From Mayamaea pseudoterrestris (Eukaryota), in the NCBI GenBank assembly GCA_027923505.1, contig BROI01000002.1:248001-312000 (forward strand): a stretch of DNA of 64,000 nt, read 5' to 3'. Shown piece after piece: positions 35,138 to 47,768 of the stretch. The position numbers and the translations under genes are program-made. The stretch's first letter is position 1. Every line of letters begins with the position of its first letter. The notes under the pieces are model-generated. The model ran no database searches. It had not been told where the DNA came from and saw nothing but the letters and a program-made list of their open reading frames with translations.

Positions 35138-37382
35138 ATGAGACTCTACACGCTATTACTACTAGCATGCATTGCGTCTACATGCAAAGCTCAACGCTTT
35201 GACTGCGACCCATGCATTATTCGCGAAAAGGTCAAGCTTCAGGCGATTGTGCACGGCACGTCGGTGTCAACCTTTTGGCAGCAAATGCAGGCATCCATGG
35301 TGCAAGCCGCCAAGGATATGCGCGTCGATTTAAATGTGCAGCTATACGACAAGTTTGATACAAGCGTCATGTCGTCTGATATACTGGAAGCGGCTAGTGC
35401 GGATCCAGCGCCGGATGGACTTATTGTGACAATGTGAGTAGAATGAGAAGGTTTTGAATTAGATCGGAGATAGGAGTGACTACGAGAGCACGGAACGCTG
35501 ATGATGAGAATAAAACTGCAGTACAAATCGTTCGTTCAATCTCTCACTCTACTCTCGTCTTGTTCTAACGCGCACTTGTTCACACAGCCCCGACTCGACT
35601 GTCCAGGAGCAAGTCGGCTCGGTGACTCGCGACACGGAGATTCCAGTCTTTGGATTGAACTCGGGAGGAGACGTTGCTCGCTTGCTGCAGGTGGACTCCT
35701 TCATTGGCATGGACGAGTATTTGGCTGGATCCGTGGCTGGACAGTATTTTTTGAGTCAAGGTGCTGGCACCAACGCGCAAGGCTTGTTCGTCAATTCCGA
35801 ACTAAACAACATTGCACTGCAGGAACGGTACTTGGGTCTTTCGGAAAATGTTGGTGACTTGACCTTCAACACAGTCATTGTCGACGGAACGAGCGAGGAC
35901 GACATGACCACCAACATGCAGCAGGCAATGTCTGGTTGCCCCTACACGCACATCTTGCTTTCCACCTCGCAGCCAGTGGCAAGCGCCATTCAAGCTATCA
36001 AAGATAATGGTTGCTCATTCGATGACATTGTCATTGGAACCTTTGACGTTAGTGAAGAAATTTACAAGGCGATTAGCGACGGTCAACTGGACTTTACCAT
36101 TTCGCAGCAGACACACTTGCAAGGGTCACTGCCAGTGGTGCTTGCAACTCTTTTTTCCACTACGGGTCGCACACTGGCCGAGTCGAGCGAAAGCCGCAAT
36201 GGCATCTACTTGTCGGGTCCCATGCTGCTCAACGCCACCAATTTACCAACGTCGGAGCAGCAAGTCTGTCAGTTTGAAGCCTTCCCCATTTGTCCGAATG
36301 AACAGAATCCAACAGGTGGTCAAGCGCAGTGCGCCTGCATTGATCGATCGCAAATCAAGTTGCGCGGCATTACGCACGGTGTCACGACCGACGCGTTTTG
36401 GGACCAAGTGTACGCGGGCTTTGACGCGGCAGCGGCCGACTTTGGAGTCGACATGGTGGCAGTTCGGCCTGAGCCGTCCAACTCGAGCGATGGAGTCTAC
36501 CTGTACATGGTCACGCAGATTGAAGACTTTTGCGACGCTGATATTGATGGACTCTTTGTATCCATACCAACTGACATTGTTGCGGAAGCGCTATCGGCCT
36601 GCTTGACTAAGGGCATTCCAGTAGTTTCCATTAATGCCGGAAGCACACAGGCCAAGGAGCTTGGTCTCATGAACCACGTTGGTCAAATTGAGTATAGTGC
36701 CGGCAAAAAGGCTGGCGAGCAAATGATTGAAATGGGCGTAACGACTGGTATCTGCCTTCGCCACGAGGTGAACAATACGGCGCTTCTCGACAGATGCAAC
36801 GGCATGGAGGAAGCCTTCAAGGAGTCGACGCAGTCCGTCACATACTTGGGCGGCATTGATGTTCCAGCAGATGATGTGGCTGAATATATTACGCTAGTGG
36901 AAGAATTGGTCGGAGATTCTGGCGACTGGGCTGGATATGGAATGCTGCTAGGTGGCGCGATTCAAGTTCCTTCTGGGCTTGAAGTCCAAAAGGCGCACGC
37001 AAGCGTCGTCATGGGCACGTTTGACACGGACGAGGTCATTTTCGGTGCGCTCGATGAAGGCAAACTGCTCTTTGGTATTGATCAAAACGCCTACCTGCAA
37101 GGTTACCTTCCCATTCCGCTGCTAGCCTGGAAGGCGTACGCTCAACAAGCACTGGCAACTCCATACGTGGAAACTGGTCCCCGCGTTGTCTTGGAGTCGC
37201 CTTCGACGGTGGAAGTCCAGTGCCAGGCCAGTGACTATGAAACATGCGCGCCGAAAAACTACACGGACGATGATACCACAACCACTGATGAACAAACCGC
37301 CGAAAGTGGATCGTCCTTGTCAATGATGAGTGGACTCTCACTCGCTTCAATGATGATTGCATCTATAATTGTTTACACATAA
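35138..37382 (+). CDS. Secreted, likely GPI/TM-anchored protein with two type-I periplasmic sugar-binding domains (spliced)
   Basis: Signal peptide; duplicated HG..FW..PVxxxNxG..GxxEYxAG..N.AL..R..GTFD..FxIxQQxxLQG pattern; intron ~35434-35587; hydrophobic C-terminal tail. Confidence 0.8.
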
Positions 37383-37694
37383 TTTTTTCTTTATTTAGTC
37401 AATGTGCTTTCTGCTTTTTCAACCGTCGCGAGCCGACTACTACCGTAGAATTAAACTACTATATTAGTGGCGAGTTCGAGGTGTTTGTGAATTTTCACTT
37501 GCATGATGCACTTCTAGCCTCCCCAATCCAAGACGACGAATCCTCGCTAGCTGATTGAGTACCGCTACGAGTTTGTGTGACATAACCAGTGCGACGCTGG
37601 TGCTTTCTTTCGACTTTCCATGGGATCCAGGATCCAACACCCTTCCGATTGGATGCATCCTCCATCAACAAGCATCACATCTCCATGATTCACC

Positions 37695-40514
37695 ATGACG
37701 GCGGCGGTAAAGGAAACATCGTCCTTGCTGACAGCCTCCGAGCCGCAAGGCAAACGGCGCGGTTTGCTTTGGAAGGTTTTGTTTGCGCTTTCGCTGCTCG
37801 CCGGAATTGGACTGTTCTTTGGATTGGCGAGCAAGACGAAGCAACATGACAAAAATCAGGAAATTCCATTGGAAGCAATGAGTATGACATCATCTTCGTC
37901 ATCTAGCAGCAAAAAGCCATGCGCCTTTCCTCGAGACTTTCTTTGGGGAGTTGCCACGAGCAGTTACCAGATTGAAGGCGCCGTTGACGAAGACGGACGA
38001 GGCAATACTATATGGGACGACTTTTGCAAGGAACCAGGCGCCATTTTGGATGACTCGTCGGGAGAAATTGCCTGCGATCATTATCATCGCTACAAGGAGG
38101 ACGTGCAGTTGATGAAGAGCTTAAATATTCAGTCGTATCGCTTTTCCATTGCCTGGTCGAGGATTTTGCCGAATGGAGACGACAAAGATGTTAATCAAGC
38201 CGGAATCGACTTTTACAATAATCTCATTGACGAGTTGCTAGCCAATGATATTGAGCCATGGGTGACGCTGTATCACTGGGACCTGCCGTCGAGTTTGGAG
38301 GAGCGATACAAGGGGTGGTTGGGTGACGAGCTGCCGGACAAGTTTGCCAATTATGCTCGCATTGTCTTTGAACACTTTGGGGATCGCGTCAAGCATTGGA
38401 TTACCATCAATGAGTAAGATGTACAAGGATATTGCAGATGACGAGGAAGAGGTATCTCATACTATCGTCTACTTTTTTGCAGAGCATGGTCGTCGGCCAT
38501 TGGCGGATACGCGTCGGGCTTGCACGCACCTGGTCACCAGTCGCCAACGGAGCCATACATTGTCGCGCATCACCTTTTGCTCGCGCACGCCAAGGCGGTT
38601 CACGTTTATCGCACCGAGTTTAACGTAACAACGACGCAAGGTGGAGCAATTTTGGGCATGGCGACGAGCGGCGACTATCGATATCCGCTCGACCCAGATT
38701 CGGAGAGCGATCGACTTGCGGCGGAGCGAGCCATGCTCTTTCAGTTGGGCTGGATGACGGATCCAGTATACTTTGGCGACTACCCAAAGGTTATGCGTGA
38801 ACGACTTGGAACGAGACTGCCGGAATTTACGGAAGACGAACGCAAGCTGTTGATTGGTTCGGTTGATTTTGTGGGTCTGAATTATTATTCATCCTTTCTC
38901 GCGAGTGAGCCCAAGGAAATCACGCCATGGCTGGGCTATTGGACTGATATACACGTGCACTTTCTGGATGATGAGAGTTGGGATCAGAATCACATGGGAT
39001 GGAATGGTGAGTGTATTTGCAAATTTCGAAGAACATGGAAGCTGACTCACAACTTGCACATGTTTGCAGTGGCGCCGGATGGTTTGAGATCGATGTTACT
39101 GTGGATCAAGGAAAGATATGATGATCCAGTTATTTACATAACGGAGAATGGCAGTGCAGAACGCGAAACGTCCCTGCAGGCAGCTTTGGTGGATGAGCAA
39201 AGACGCCAGTTCTATGAGGATCATTTGATGGCGTGTTCGCAGGCGATTCATGCCGGAGTGAATCTCAAGGGTTTTTTTGCGTGGAGTTTGATGGATAATT
39301 TCGAGTGGCAGTTTGGCTACCGACGTCGATTCGGCTTGTGTTACGTTGATTTCGCGACGGTGGAGAGGACGCCAAAGAGCTCAGCTCTTTGGTACAATGA
39401 TACGATTGTACAGAACGGACGCAACATTTACGACCATGACCAATCACGCCAGCTTGCCCAAAAGGCTTGCGCCAACCGTCAACTACCGGAGAAGGTACTG
39501 ATTGGCTACGGCAGTGATTTGGAAGCCGTCCGTAAAGCCGTGCATCATGGAGTGAACGTTGTCACGTGGGCTTTTATCGATTTTGTGCGCGTTGGCGACG
39601 TTACTGATGATGCGCGTCGCAAGATGCTGCTTAAGACGGAAGGCATTGGAATGAATACAAACCTTGATATTGCTGGTATTCGTTGTTTGCGCACGGAGCT
39701 TTGCAAACATGGCTACGGACGGGTCAAGCATTTGGTGAGTGTCGGTGGATGGAACGGTGCCCACTTGGACGAATCTGTGTCAGCGGCGGAGTGGTACAAT
39801 GCGTTTAAGCTCATCGTCGGCGATGTCTTTGACGGAATTGATTGGGACTTGGAGGGGCATGACCGCATGCATAGCCCGACAAACTACTTTACCGCCAACT
39901 GCCTGCACAAGATGGGTGCCATTAGCCGCATGGCCAAGCGAGACGGCTATCTGGTGAGCATGGCGCCGCCACAATCTTACCTGGATTTCCACGGCACGAA
40001 TCGTTTTAGTCGGTACATTAATCTTACGGACCCGACCAGAGACTGGCACGATGAGTTTAGGTATCTTGGAGCTAATGTTTACGCGTTTTTGTTGGCAAAA
40101 TACATGGATGCAATTGATTTGGTCTCGATTCAGTTTTACGAAAGCTACTCACGGGCCGCCATGATGATCAAAAAGTATGGTGTGTCACCTTCCGACTATC
40201 TCGTTGATTATGCGAAGCGCAATTTGACGCTGCCGGTCGCATTCTCAGACGATCCAAATGTTGATATGCCCGACCAAGTTGTCGAGTTGCCGCTTTCCAA
40301 GCTTGTTCTCGGCTTTGCGAACGGATGGACAGATGAGCACAACGACAAGACTCTTTTCGTGCCGACATGCGATATCCAGGATGCATGGAACAAGCTTGCA
40401 GTTCATGGAAGCCAGCCAAGGGGCTTTATGTTCTGGACGATTGACCTTGACGGCTCGAACGATCTTTTCTTTGCGCACGAGCTAAGTCGCGTTTTAAGCA
40501 ACTACACCGACTAG
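37695..40514 (+). CDS. Membrane-anchored GH1 beta-glucosidase fused to a GH18-like TIM-barrel domain
   Basis: FLWGVATSSYQIEG, YRFSIAWSRI, TLYHWDLP, TINE|AW, YITENG, WSLMDNFEW; then VSVGGWNG, FDGIDWDLEG, SIQFYE, GFMFW. Introns 38414-38482 and 39007-39069. Confidence 0.88.
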
Positions 40515-40572
40515 TGTGAGCGATAACGAGGTATCGGACAACTTCTTTCATTCTTTATACGAGAAACATGCT

Positions 40573-42289
40573 TTACACTTTCTTACAGATCTGCACGACG
40601 TCTTCATCGCACAATACATGATCTTTTCCACAGCGCTGCGGCACATGCTTGGCGCTTCTTCCCCATACCCACGCATGGCTAAACTGGCTCATAAGTCCTC
40701 GATGGATCTTGTTAACAAATTCTTCAATCGTTGGATTCTCGTTTTGCAAAATGACGGGCTGTTCATAGTCGGGCATTTGACCCTTGGGTTTGGTGTATAT
40801 TCGAATCATGTTGCCTGCCGACGCGATGATAAATGCATAATAGATGTATATACATAAGTAATGGCAATTGTTAGACATAAAATAGCGGAGTAGGCACCGC
40901 GACACAGATGCATGAGCACTCGTCCGTATGTACTTACACTTGTTCCAAATTTCTTCAAGCATCTCCTCAATATTCCAACCATGCTGCGACGAAATGGGCA
41001 CGTAGTTTGGCAGTTGATCTAAGATATCTGTACAATATAAACAGCGAGTGAGCATTTAGCTGTGAATTTCCGTGACATAATGCGACAACAAAACTGGACG
41101 TACCAAGCTCTTCAATGGTGATCGAGTCGATCTGTGTACGGGAATGAAGGGCATGGCATGAGCGCATGGTTACAACATGATGCAGCGAAACTTATTGATC
41201 ATTTGTCGTACCTTATTGAAAAGATAGAGAGCGGGAATGTAAGCCCGATTGCCTTCAATCACGTCAATGAGCTGATCAACCGTGATGTCCTCTCGCAAAA
41301 TGAATTCGGCGCAGCTAATCTTGTACTCGCGACAGACCAATCGAGCCACCTCAATGTTCACGCCCTTTGTTTGCTTGACCATTTCTTGAATGTTGATACC
41401 GCCACTCTCCTTCTTAATGTATTTGACATCTGGAGGGTCCTGGTTGATGCGAATTCCAAAATTGAAGAGCTCCTGCTCGATAATCTTTTTGTGCGTGAGC
41501 GGCTTGCCGGCGTCCAAAACAATGAGAATCAAGCTGCAGGTGCGTGCGGTGCTAATGACTTGTCTTCCGCGTCCCTTGCCATCCGCAGCACCTTCAATGA
41601 TACCTGGCAAATCTAATACCTGAATTCGAGCGCCTCGATAATGCATGGTCCCTGGAATGCAAGTGAGAGTGGTGAATTCAACTGCACTTGTGGCGCTAAC
41701 AGTGTTGGTCAATTTCGTGAGAAGTGTACTCTTTCCGACGGAAGGAAAGCCTATGGAAGCAGAGGGATGAGACAAGTAATTCCAAAGCATTCTAACAAGT
41801 TCTGTCACACATTCAATCCCATCGTACCTACCAGGCCCAGGCGGACCTCACCCACACTCTTGACGTCAAAGCCCCTGCCTGCATCCTTGGAGCCAGCGCT
41901 TTTTCCGCCCGGTCCGTTGATCAATTCGCTCTTGAGCTTGGCGAGTTTCGCCTTGAGTGTCCTGCGTGCGACGAAGCAAAACGTGAGACATGGACAAGCG
42001 GTCAATCAACCCAGCCGCTCATTACGCGCAGTTGTCTATTTGGTCAACAATAAAGCAGCATGCCATGATTGAAGATGAAATCCCAGCGAAACCCTAGTAG
42101 TCCCAACTGCAATTGCAATCGCGTCGGCACGCAGTAGCGTAACGAGGGTGAAGCGAAATGTACACCAAAGCAATCGCTCTGCCCAAGCAAATAAAATACG
42201 TACCCAAGATGGTAATTCGTGGCCTTGTTCTTTTGGGTGCGGGCCATTTCCGTTTCAATTTCGGCAATCTTTGCTTGAATGTCCGCCAT
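40573..42289 (-). CDS. DRG: Developmentally regulated GTP-binding protein (DRG family, multi-exon)
   Basis: EMARTQKNKATNYHLG, GFPSVGKSTLL, FTTLTCIPG, DLPGIIEGA, TGS domain ending DEDVVQICKK. Confidence 0.95.
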
Positions 42290-42719
42290 GATGATGATTA
42301 TGTATGCTGTAAATATAAGTTGTAAAATTAGGATCTTTCAACTTCTGTAGGATCTCTTGTTAGGTAATGAGTCAATAGGGTGGTGATTAGACGACTGTAA
42401 GCTTGCAAGGCTTTAAACACGTCTGTGAACAGTGAAATGATGTGACAGACGTCGGCATGAATGGCCATGGTCGATTTGGTCGTCTGCCTTTGATGTGTGC
42501 AACGTCATGTTTTCATCGCAGCGGTTATGATTCATTGAATGACTGTCGACCTTGGTGTACACATGAGAACGGACATACACGACTGATGGTTAGTTTCCGG
42601 CTTCGCGTATCGCGTTCCGGAACGGATGACCGCGATGATGCGATCCTCATCACTCGTCGTCGACATGATCAATGATCACACACTATACAGCATGCTGATT
42701 GACCAAGACCACGACTACA

Positions 42720-43406
42720 ATGCTTGACCTTGCTGCTCAAGCCAAGAATGTTGTTGACAGAGAGGAACAAGTTCTCGTATTGTATGGCTCGCAGCGAGGA
42801 TCCGCAGAAGCAGCTGCTGAACGAATCGCTGGAAAAATGTCGTTTCAAATAGCGAGTCGACTGCCATCAGACGTCAACACCAACAACACATCCAGATCCA
42901 GTATTACTCCCAAACTCATGGCTCTTGACGACTGGCTGGAAGCATCCGCGTCGGTTCCACTCACGCGACTCGTTGTCATTGTTTCGTCCAGTTTCGGAGT
43001 AGGAGGAGCCCCCCGGAACGGCAAACGCTTTCGAAGGCACTGCGAAAACATGTTGCGGCAACAATTATACACGAAAGAAAAACAGATGGAACATGACGAT
43101 GCGCCGTCGCTTCACATGCTCGGTAACATTCACTTTTGCTTGCTTGGACTGGGCGACTCGTCCTACAAGACGTACATGAGCAATCCACAGCGAATCCATG
43201 ACGCTTGGACGGCGGCGGGAGCAACGCTAATTGGAAGCATGGGCAAGGCGGATGGAAATGAAAGTATCGAGCGTCAGCAGTCTGCCATTGACGAGTGGAT
43301 GAATAGCATTTGGGGCCCCATGGCAAGCGTTTTGCGGGAAGCGGCTGCAGTGACGCGCGATCAACTGGTAGAAGCAACGAAGGACTTTGTTGGAGACGAC
43401 TTGTAG
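42720..43406 (+). CDS. Stand-alone flavodoxin-like domain protein (paralogue of 15567-16520)
   Basis: VLYGSQRGSAE, TRLVVIVSSSFGVGGAP, FCLLGLGDSSY. Confidence 0.8.
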   Translation: MLDLAAQAKNVVDREEQVLVLYGSQRGSAEAAAERIAGKMSFQIASRLPSDVNTNNTSRSSITPKLMALDDWLEASASVPLTRLVVIVSSSFGVGGAPRNGKRFRRHCENMLRQQLYTKEKQMEHDDAPSLHMLGNIHFCLLGLGDSSYKTYMSNPQRIHDAWTAAGATLIGSMGKADGNESIERQQSAIDEWMNSIWGPMASVLREAAAVTRDQLVEATKDFVGDDL

Positions 43407-43747
43407 TTTACTGTAAATCAAGAGCGTATGGCTGGTACTCTAATGGTACGTAGAATAAACTGCTCATTTGGTTGCATTATTTACTAGGCAGCCCCTGTAC
43501 AGTGAGCGAAACGTGAGTGTTTTAAGTGACGACCAAGTCCTTGAGAAGTCAGCGCCTACATGATGACACCTTATGATTTCGTTTCTTAGATATTATAAAT
43601 GAACCAAACCGTTATAGAGTATACGCTACGGATAATAATAATTCTCGACGTGATGTACGAGTAAAGACATGCACCCGCTTGAGTGTAACCATTGCTCAAG
43701 CCTTCCGCCATACCACCCCTGCCGCCTTATGTCAAATGCAATAAGCT

Positions 43748-46700
43748 TTACATAGCCGAATGAACAAGACAAGATTCAACAGGTTCGCTCATCGCCGAGT
43801 TTGTCTGGGATTGGATCACGTCGCTTTCAAACAAGGCCGAGCCAACAACGCGGGCAGCACGCGCCATGCCTTGGTTCATTGCAAAATGCTCCTCTTCAAC
43901 GACCCAGCTTCCTTGACTCAACTCCTCGTCATCACTTGTGCTTCCGCTCCACAAATCCTCCCCTTCGCTGGTCTTGGCATCCATTGCCACGCCGCGTTCA
44001 AACTCCTTGTTGAAATCGTCAATAGCGGCGGCAAACTTGTCAAGCGTTGCTCCGATATAACCAGCAGTTTCACCGTTTCCTTCCGCGTCATCCTTGAACG
44101 AAAGGTCACTGGTCGCAGACGGCGGCGAAGATGGTGGCGTTTGCTGTGACGTAAAAGTTTCCTCCATCAAGGCCGCCTTGCCAATCGACTTTGTGGCCAC
44201 AGTCGAGTCGTGCCATACTGCTTCCTTAAGCTTCTTCATCCCAAGAGATAATTCATCGCTGCCCGTTTGCGTAGATGAAGGAGGAGCCACAGTCGTCAAT
44301 GCTTTCACAACCATTTGCAAAGCTGGCTCGCCAATCGACTTTCTAGTCTTGAGCTTGCCCATCCCAACTGATGATTTATTGACGGGCCGAGATTTCGAAC
44401 CATTCTGAAAAGCAACCGTTAACTCGCGATTTACCGCGGCCTTGAGCTTGCTCATCCCATACGATGATTTGTCGTTGCGCTGATTGGAAGCAGCGAACAA
44501 CGGAGCTGCCTTTGCTGCCATCGACATCTCGACAGTTTTCTTCGCTCCTTCTTTACACTCCTTCTCCTTGACACCCCTGAGCATCTCATTAAAGTGTTTG
44601 ATGCTAGACTCTGCCTCCTCCGCATATAAACTGGCTGCACCGGGCCCCGTAGAAAATCCTTGACCCAAGCATCGATGACGCTGGCCCGAATGCTGGAATC
44701 GAGAGCGGCGAAAATGTTTGCGGCGCCCAAAATTAGCTCCAAGGCCACGGCCCTGATACCATTCTTCCTGGAAGGCTTGGTCGCGTTCTGCAATGTTGTC
44801 AGTGTGGAATATGAAGTCGAAGTAGCCGTCAAACCATTTACTCGCTCCGTACGTACCAAGTTCCGTAGGCTCAAACTCAAGATTGTTGTCTGTGTAACCA
44901 TCGTACACGTAGCACTCGCTGCAGAGGTCAAAGTCAAAGGCATTGAGTGCGTGGAAGCGCTGGCCAATAATGGGAGAAATCGAGCATCCGTCACAAGTGT
45001 GACGGCCATGAATAAAGGGTCGCAAATGGGTCCGCCAGTTAGTCGGAACTGATGTACCAACTGGAGCGGACAGGCCTGCAATAGCAGTCTCCACTGCTGG
45101 TACAGCCTGGACAGATACCGGATCTGGCGTCTCGTGTTTTTTATATTGAATCAAGCTTCGAGCCAAGAAATACATCGCCGCTAACAATTTGACAACAGGG
45201 GCGAATATCGCAGATAATGTCCGCCCGAGAAAAGAGCGTTCTTCGCGAGCCACGCCACCAGTAACCGAAACCTTTTCATCAAAAGGCGTCACATTGGCCA
45301 TAATTTTAATAAAACCCTTCCCATAGTGTGCCTGCAATGCGTCCACCAGCTCCTCCGCCGATCCAATCATTACATCGTCGCCAGTTGCGTCCAAATACAC
45401 CAAGTGGACGCAATATCCACTCGTAGACTGCGCAAGCGCATCTTCTCCAGTGAACGTCTGAACCGCGTAGAGCTTTAAAACATTGTACATGTTCTCATTC
45501 GCGCCCAAGTGATGCTTAAGATGGACGCGACGAAAAATTGCATCAACGCCTTTCACGCCTTTAATACAAAAGAAAAGAACGCGCATGTCAGAGCCCATTC
45601 AAATTAAACAAAACCTTTACAATATCTGCATGAGACGCACCAGTCTTCTTGACACCCAGCTTGATAAAAACATGCTGCGCAGCAGCCTTCTGCAAAACCG
45701 ACAATCCAAGCACACCCGCCGGGTTCGCAGTCACCTTGGTGGTCATATTCGGTAAGGCAACGTCCGGCACTCGAGCAGCAGCAAAACTTCGAAGTGGTTG
45801 ACGAAAAGACTCGCGTAATTGCTGACTGTTAGCTGGAGGCGCATGCACATGCATTGACGCCGCCCGTTCGTACGCTTTCATTGGTAGGCGCCGCCGCGGA
45901 CGCGTCTGCTCTTCTGGAGCCTCGGCAAGCGCGGCAAGATCCGCCGCCATTTGCTCCTCAGTAACCACGTGCTCCTTCATTTGTTCCGGCGACATGATCT
46001 CCTTGACAAGCGTCAAAAGCTTGGTGCTTGTAGTTTCAGCACTAGCCAAGTACTTTTCGGCGCGCTTCGTCTCCAACTCAACCTCATCCATCATTTTGTT
46101 GAGATAATCGAAAAGATGCATGTTTACGAGCCATTCCGATCGCTTCTTGGCAAAGTAAGCGCGCGTCGCTTCCAAAAGAGGCTCCTCAAGGACCGTCTGG
46201 TACAGTTGGAGCTTCGGCCCATCCATGGCTTGAATCATTTCCACAACTCTAGTCAAGAGTGCATAATCAACATTAATTTCGCCGTCTCGGCCCTTCTCAA
46301 CAAGCTCCAGCACGGCTTGCGTGGCTTGCGTTTGAATTGGTTCAAAGACGCATGTACGAAACGCATTGATTCCCGACTGCAGCAAACTTGGAAGAAACTT
46401 ATGCTTGGCAAAGTAGCGATCCAAATGTTTGAAGATTTTTTGGACCCACTTGTTGTAGTATTGATAATTCGTCCATTGCTTAACCAATTTTTCTAGTAGC
46501 TCATTGCAATCTCCGCCCGACGAGGTTACTTGCAGAATTGGCAGAACCTTGGTTTTCAGGTACTCTTTCACGGTTGCCTCGCGACGCTCCCAAAGCTCGC
46601 TTGCCCAATTGTAGGGACCGCTCTGCGTACTCATGTTGAAGCAGAGACTATGAGAAATGTTAATAATTAGAATACATTCGTGAGTGAATAGTGCAAGACG

Positions 46701-47020
46701 AGCAATCCATTGAATTCTCGCAGCTGCTGCAAAATACGCACGCGTATATGGCCGTGTATTCGGCCGGCGAAAACATTTTTTCGCCCTTTTCCAAGCCTCC
46801 CTTTTCCATGACTTGTTCGAGGCGATCAAGCTGACACGAAATAGAATGACATTATAGTGTTAGTGAGTGAATATGATGTAAAAGCTGCAGCAGGAATAGA
46901 CTTGCTCATCGCGCTACCGTGACACTCCGAGCGACTCACCTTGGTTTTCATTTCGCTCCATCCCTTCTCCAGCGGAATAAAAGGATTTACAAAGCTGCGC
47001 TTTGCATTCATGGTGGTCAT
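43748..47020 (-). CDS. Cullin N-terminal domain fused to a PB1-ZZ-LIR (p62/NBR1-like) module; predicted single spliced gene
   Basis: Cullin-1-like IPLEKGW|..EYTAIY|ALCFNMSTQSGPYNW..IFKHLDRYF..YQTVLEEPLLEATRAYF. Intron 45559-45640 joins it in frame to PB1 (FIKL..IFRRV..YLDATGDDVMIGSAEEL), ZZ (HGRHTCDGC..IIGQRFH..FDLCSEC) and the LIR-like acidic-WVV motif. Confidence 0.7.
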
Positions 47021-47768
47021 AATAAATGCAGCTTTATTCACTGCTGCTGTTACCTACTACTACAGACACGAGAAAAGGATCAAGAGCTTCTTGATGCTGC
47101 AGCAATCAAAAGTGGCGAGGTTTGTGTGTGAGCGGCGTGTCAAGCGAGCGAAAGATCCAAACGTGGCTCGCATCGGTTCTCGAATTCTGTGGCGAAACTA
47201 CTTAGGGCTACAATTAAGTATTAAGTAGCTACCGTAGCTATCCAATGACTTACAGATAGACACAGAACAATCAACTGCGCAAGGAAAGACGCTCGCTACA
47301 TTCTAGCAGCATATATAGTTCTATTTTGATCTGGATTGGGGAATGATGCGAATCATGTATCTATTGGCACTTTATGATATCATCAAATAGCATTTGCACA
47401 GAAGGCGTTGCAGGCATGAGGTCAACGTTTCCACGCATGTAGCCAACGACCCATGCCGCAGCAGTATCAAATCATCATGTTTCACGTAAATATACTTGTA
47501 TAAGCATGTCGTGGCGATTCCTTAAATTTCCTAGCTACTATGAACTCGCGTCAAGAATCGACGCAGCGGAGGATTCAAACCATCACTATTATCCATGCAT
47601 GCTATAGCCTACTGCACTAACGTAGTTTATTTTGCCGCGCTGCAGCCAGCGAGGTGAAAATGGACTGAGTTATGTTGAATCGCCATCCTCTTATCTATTG
47701 TGCATGGACATGGCTCTGAGATGGGCTGTTAAAAGTGATGGCTGAGGCATCCACCATGCAACTTAAGC

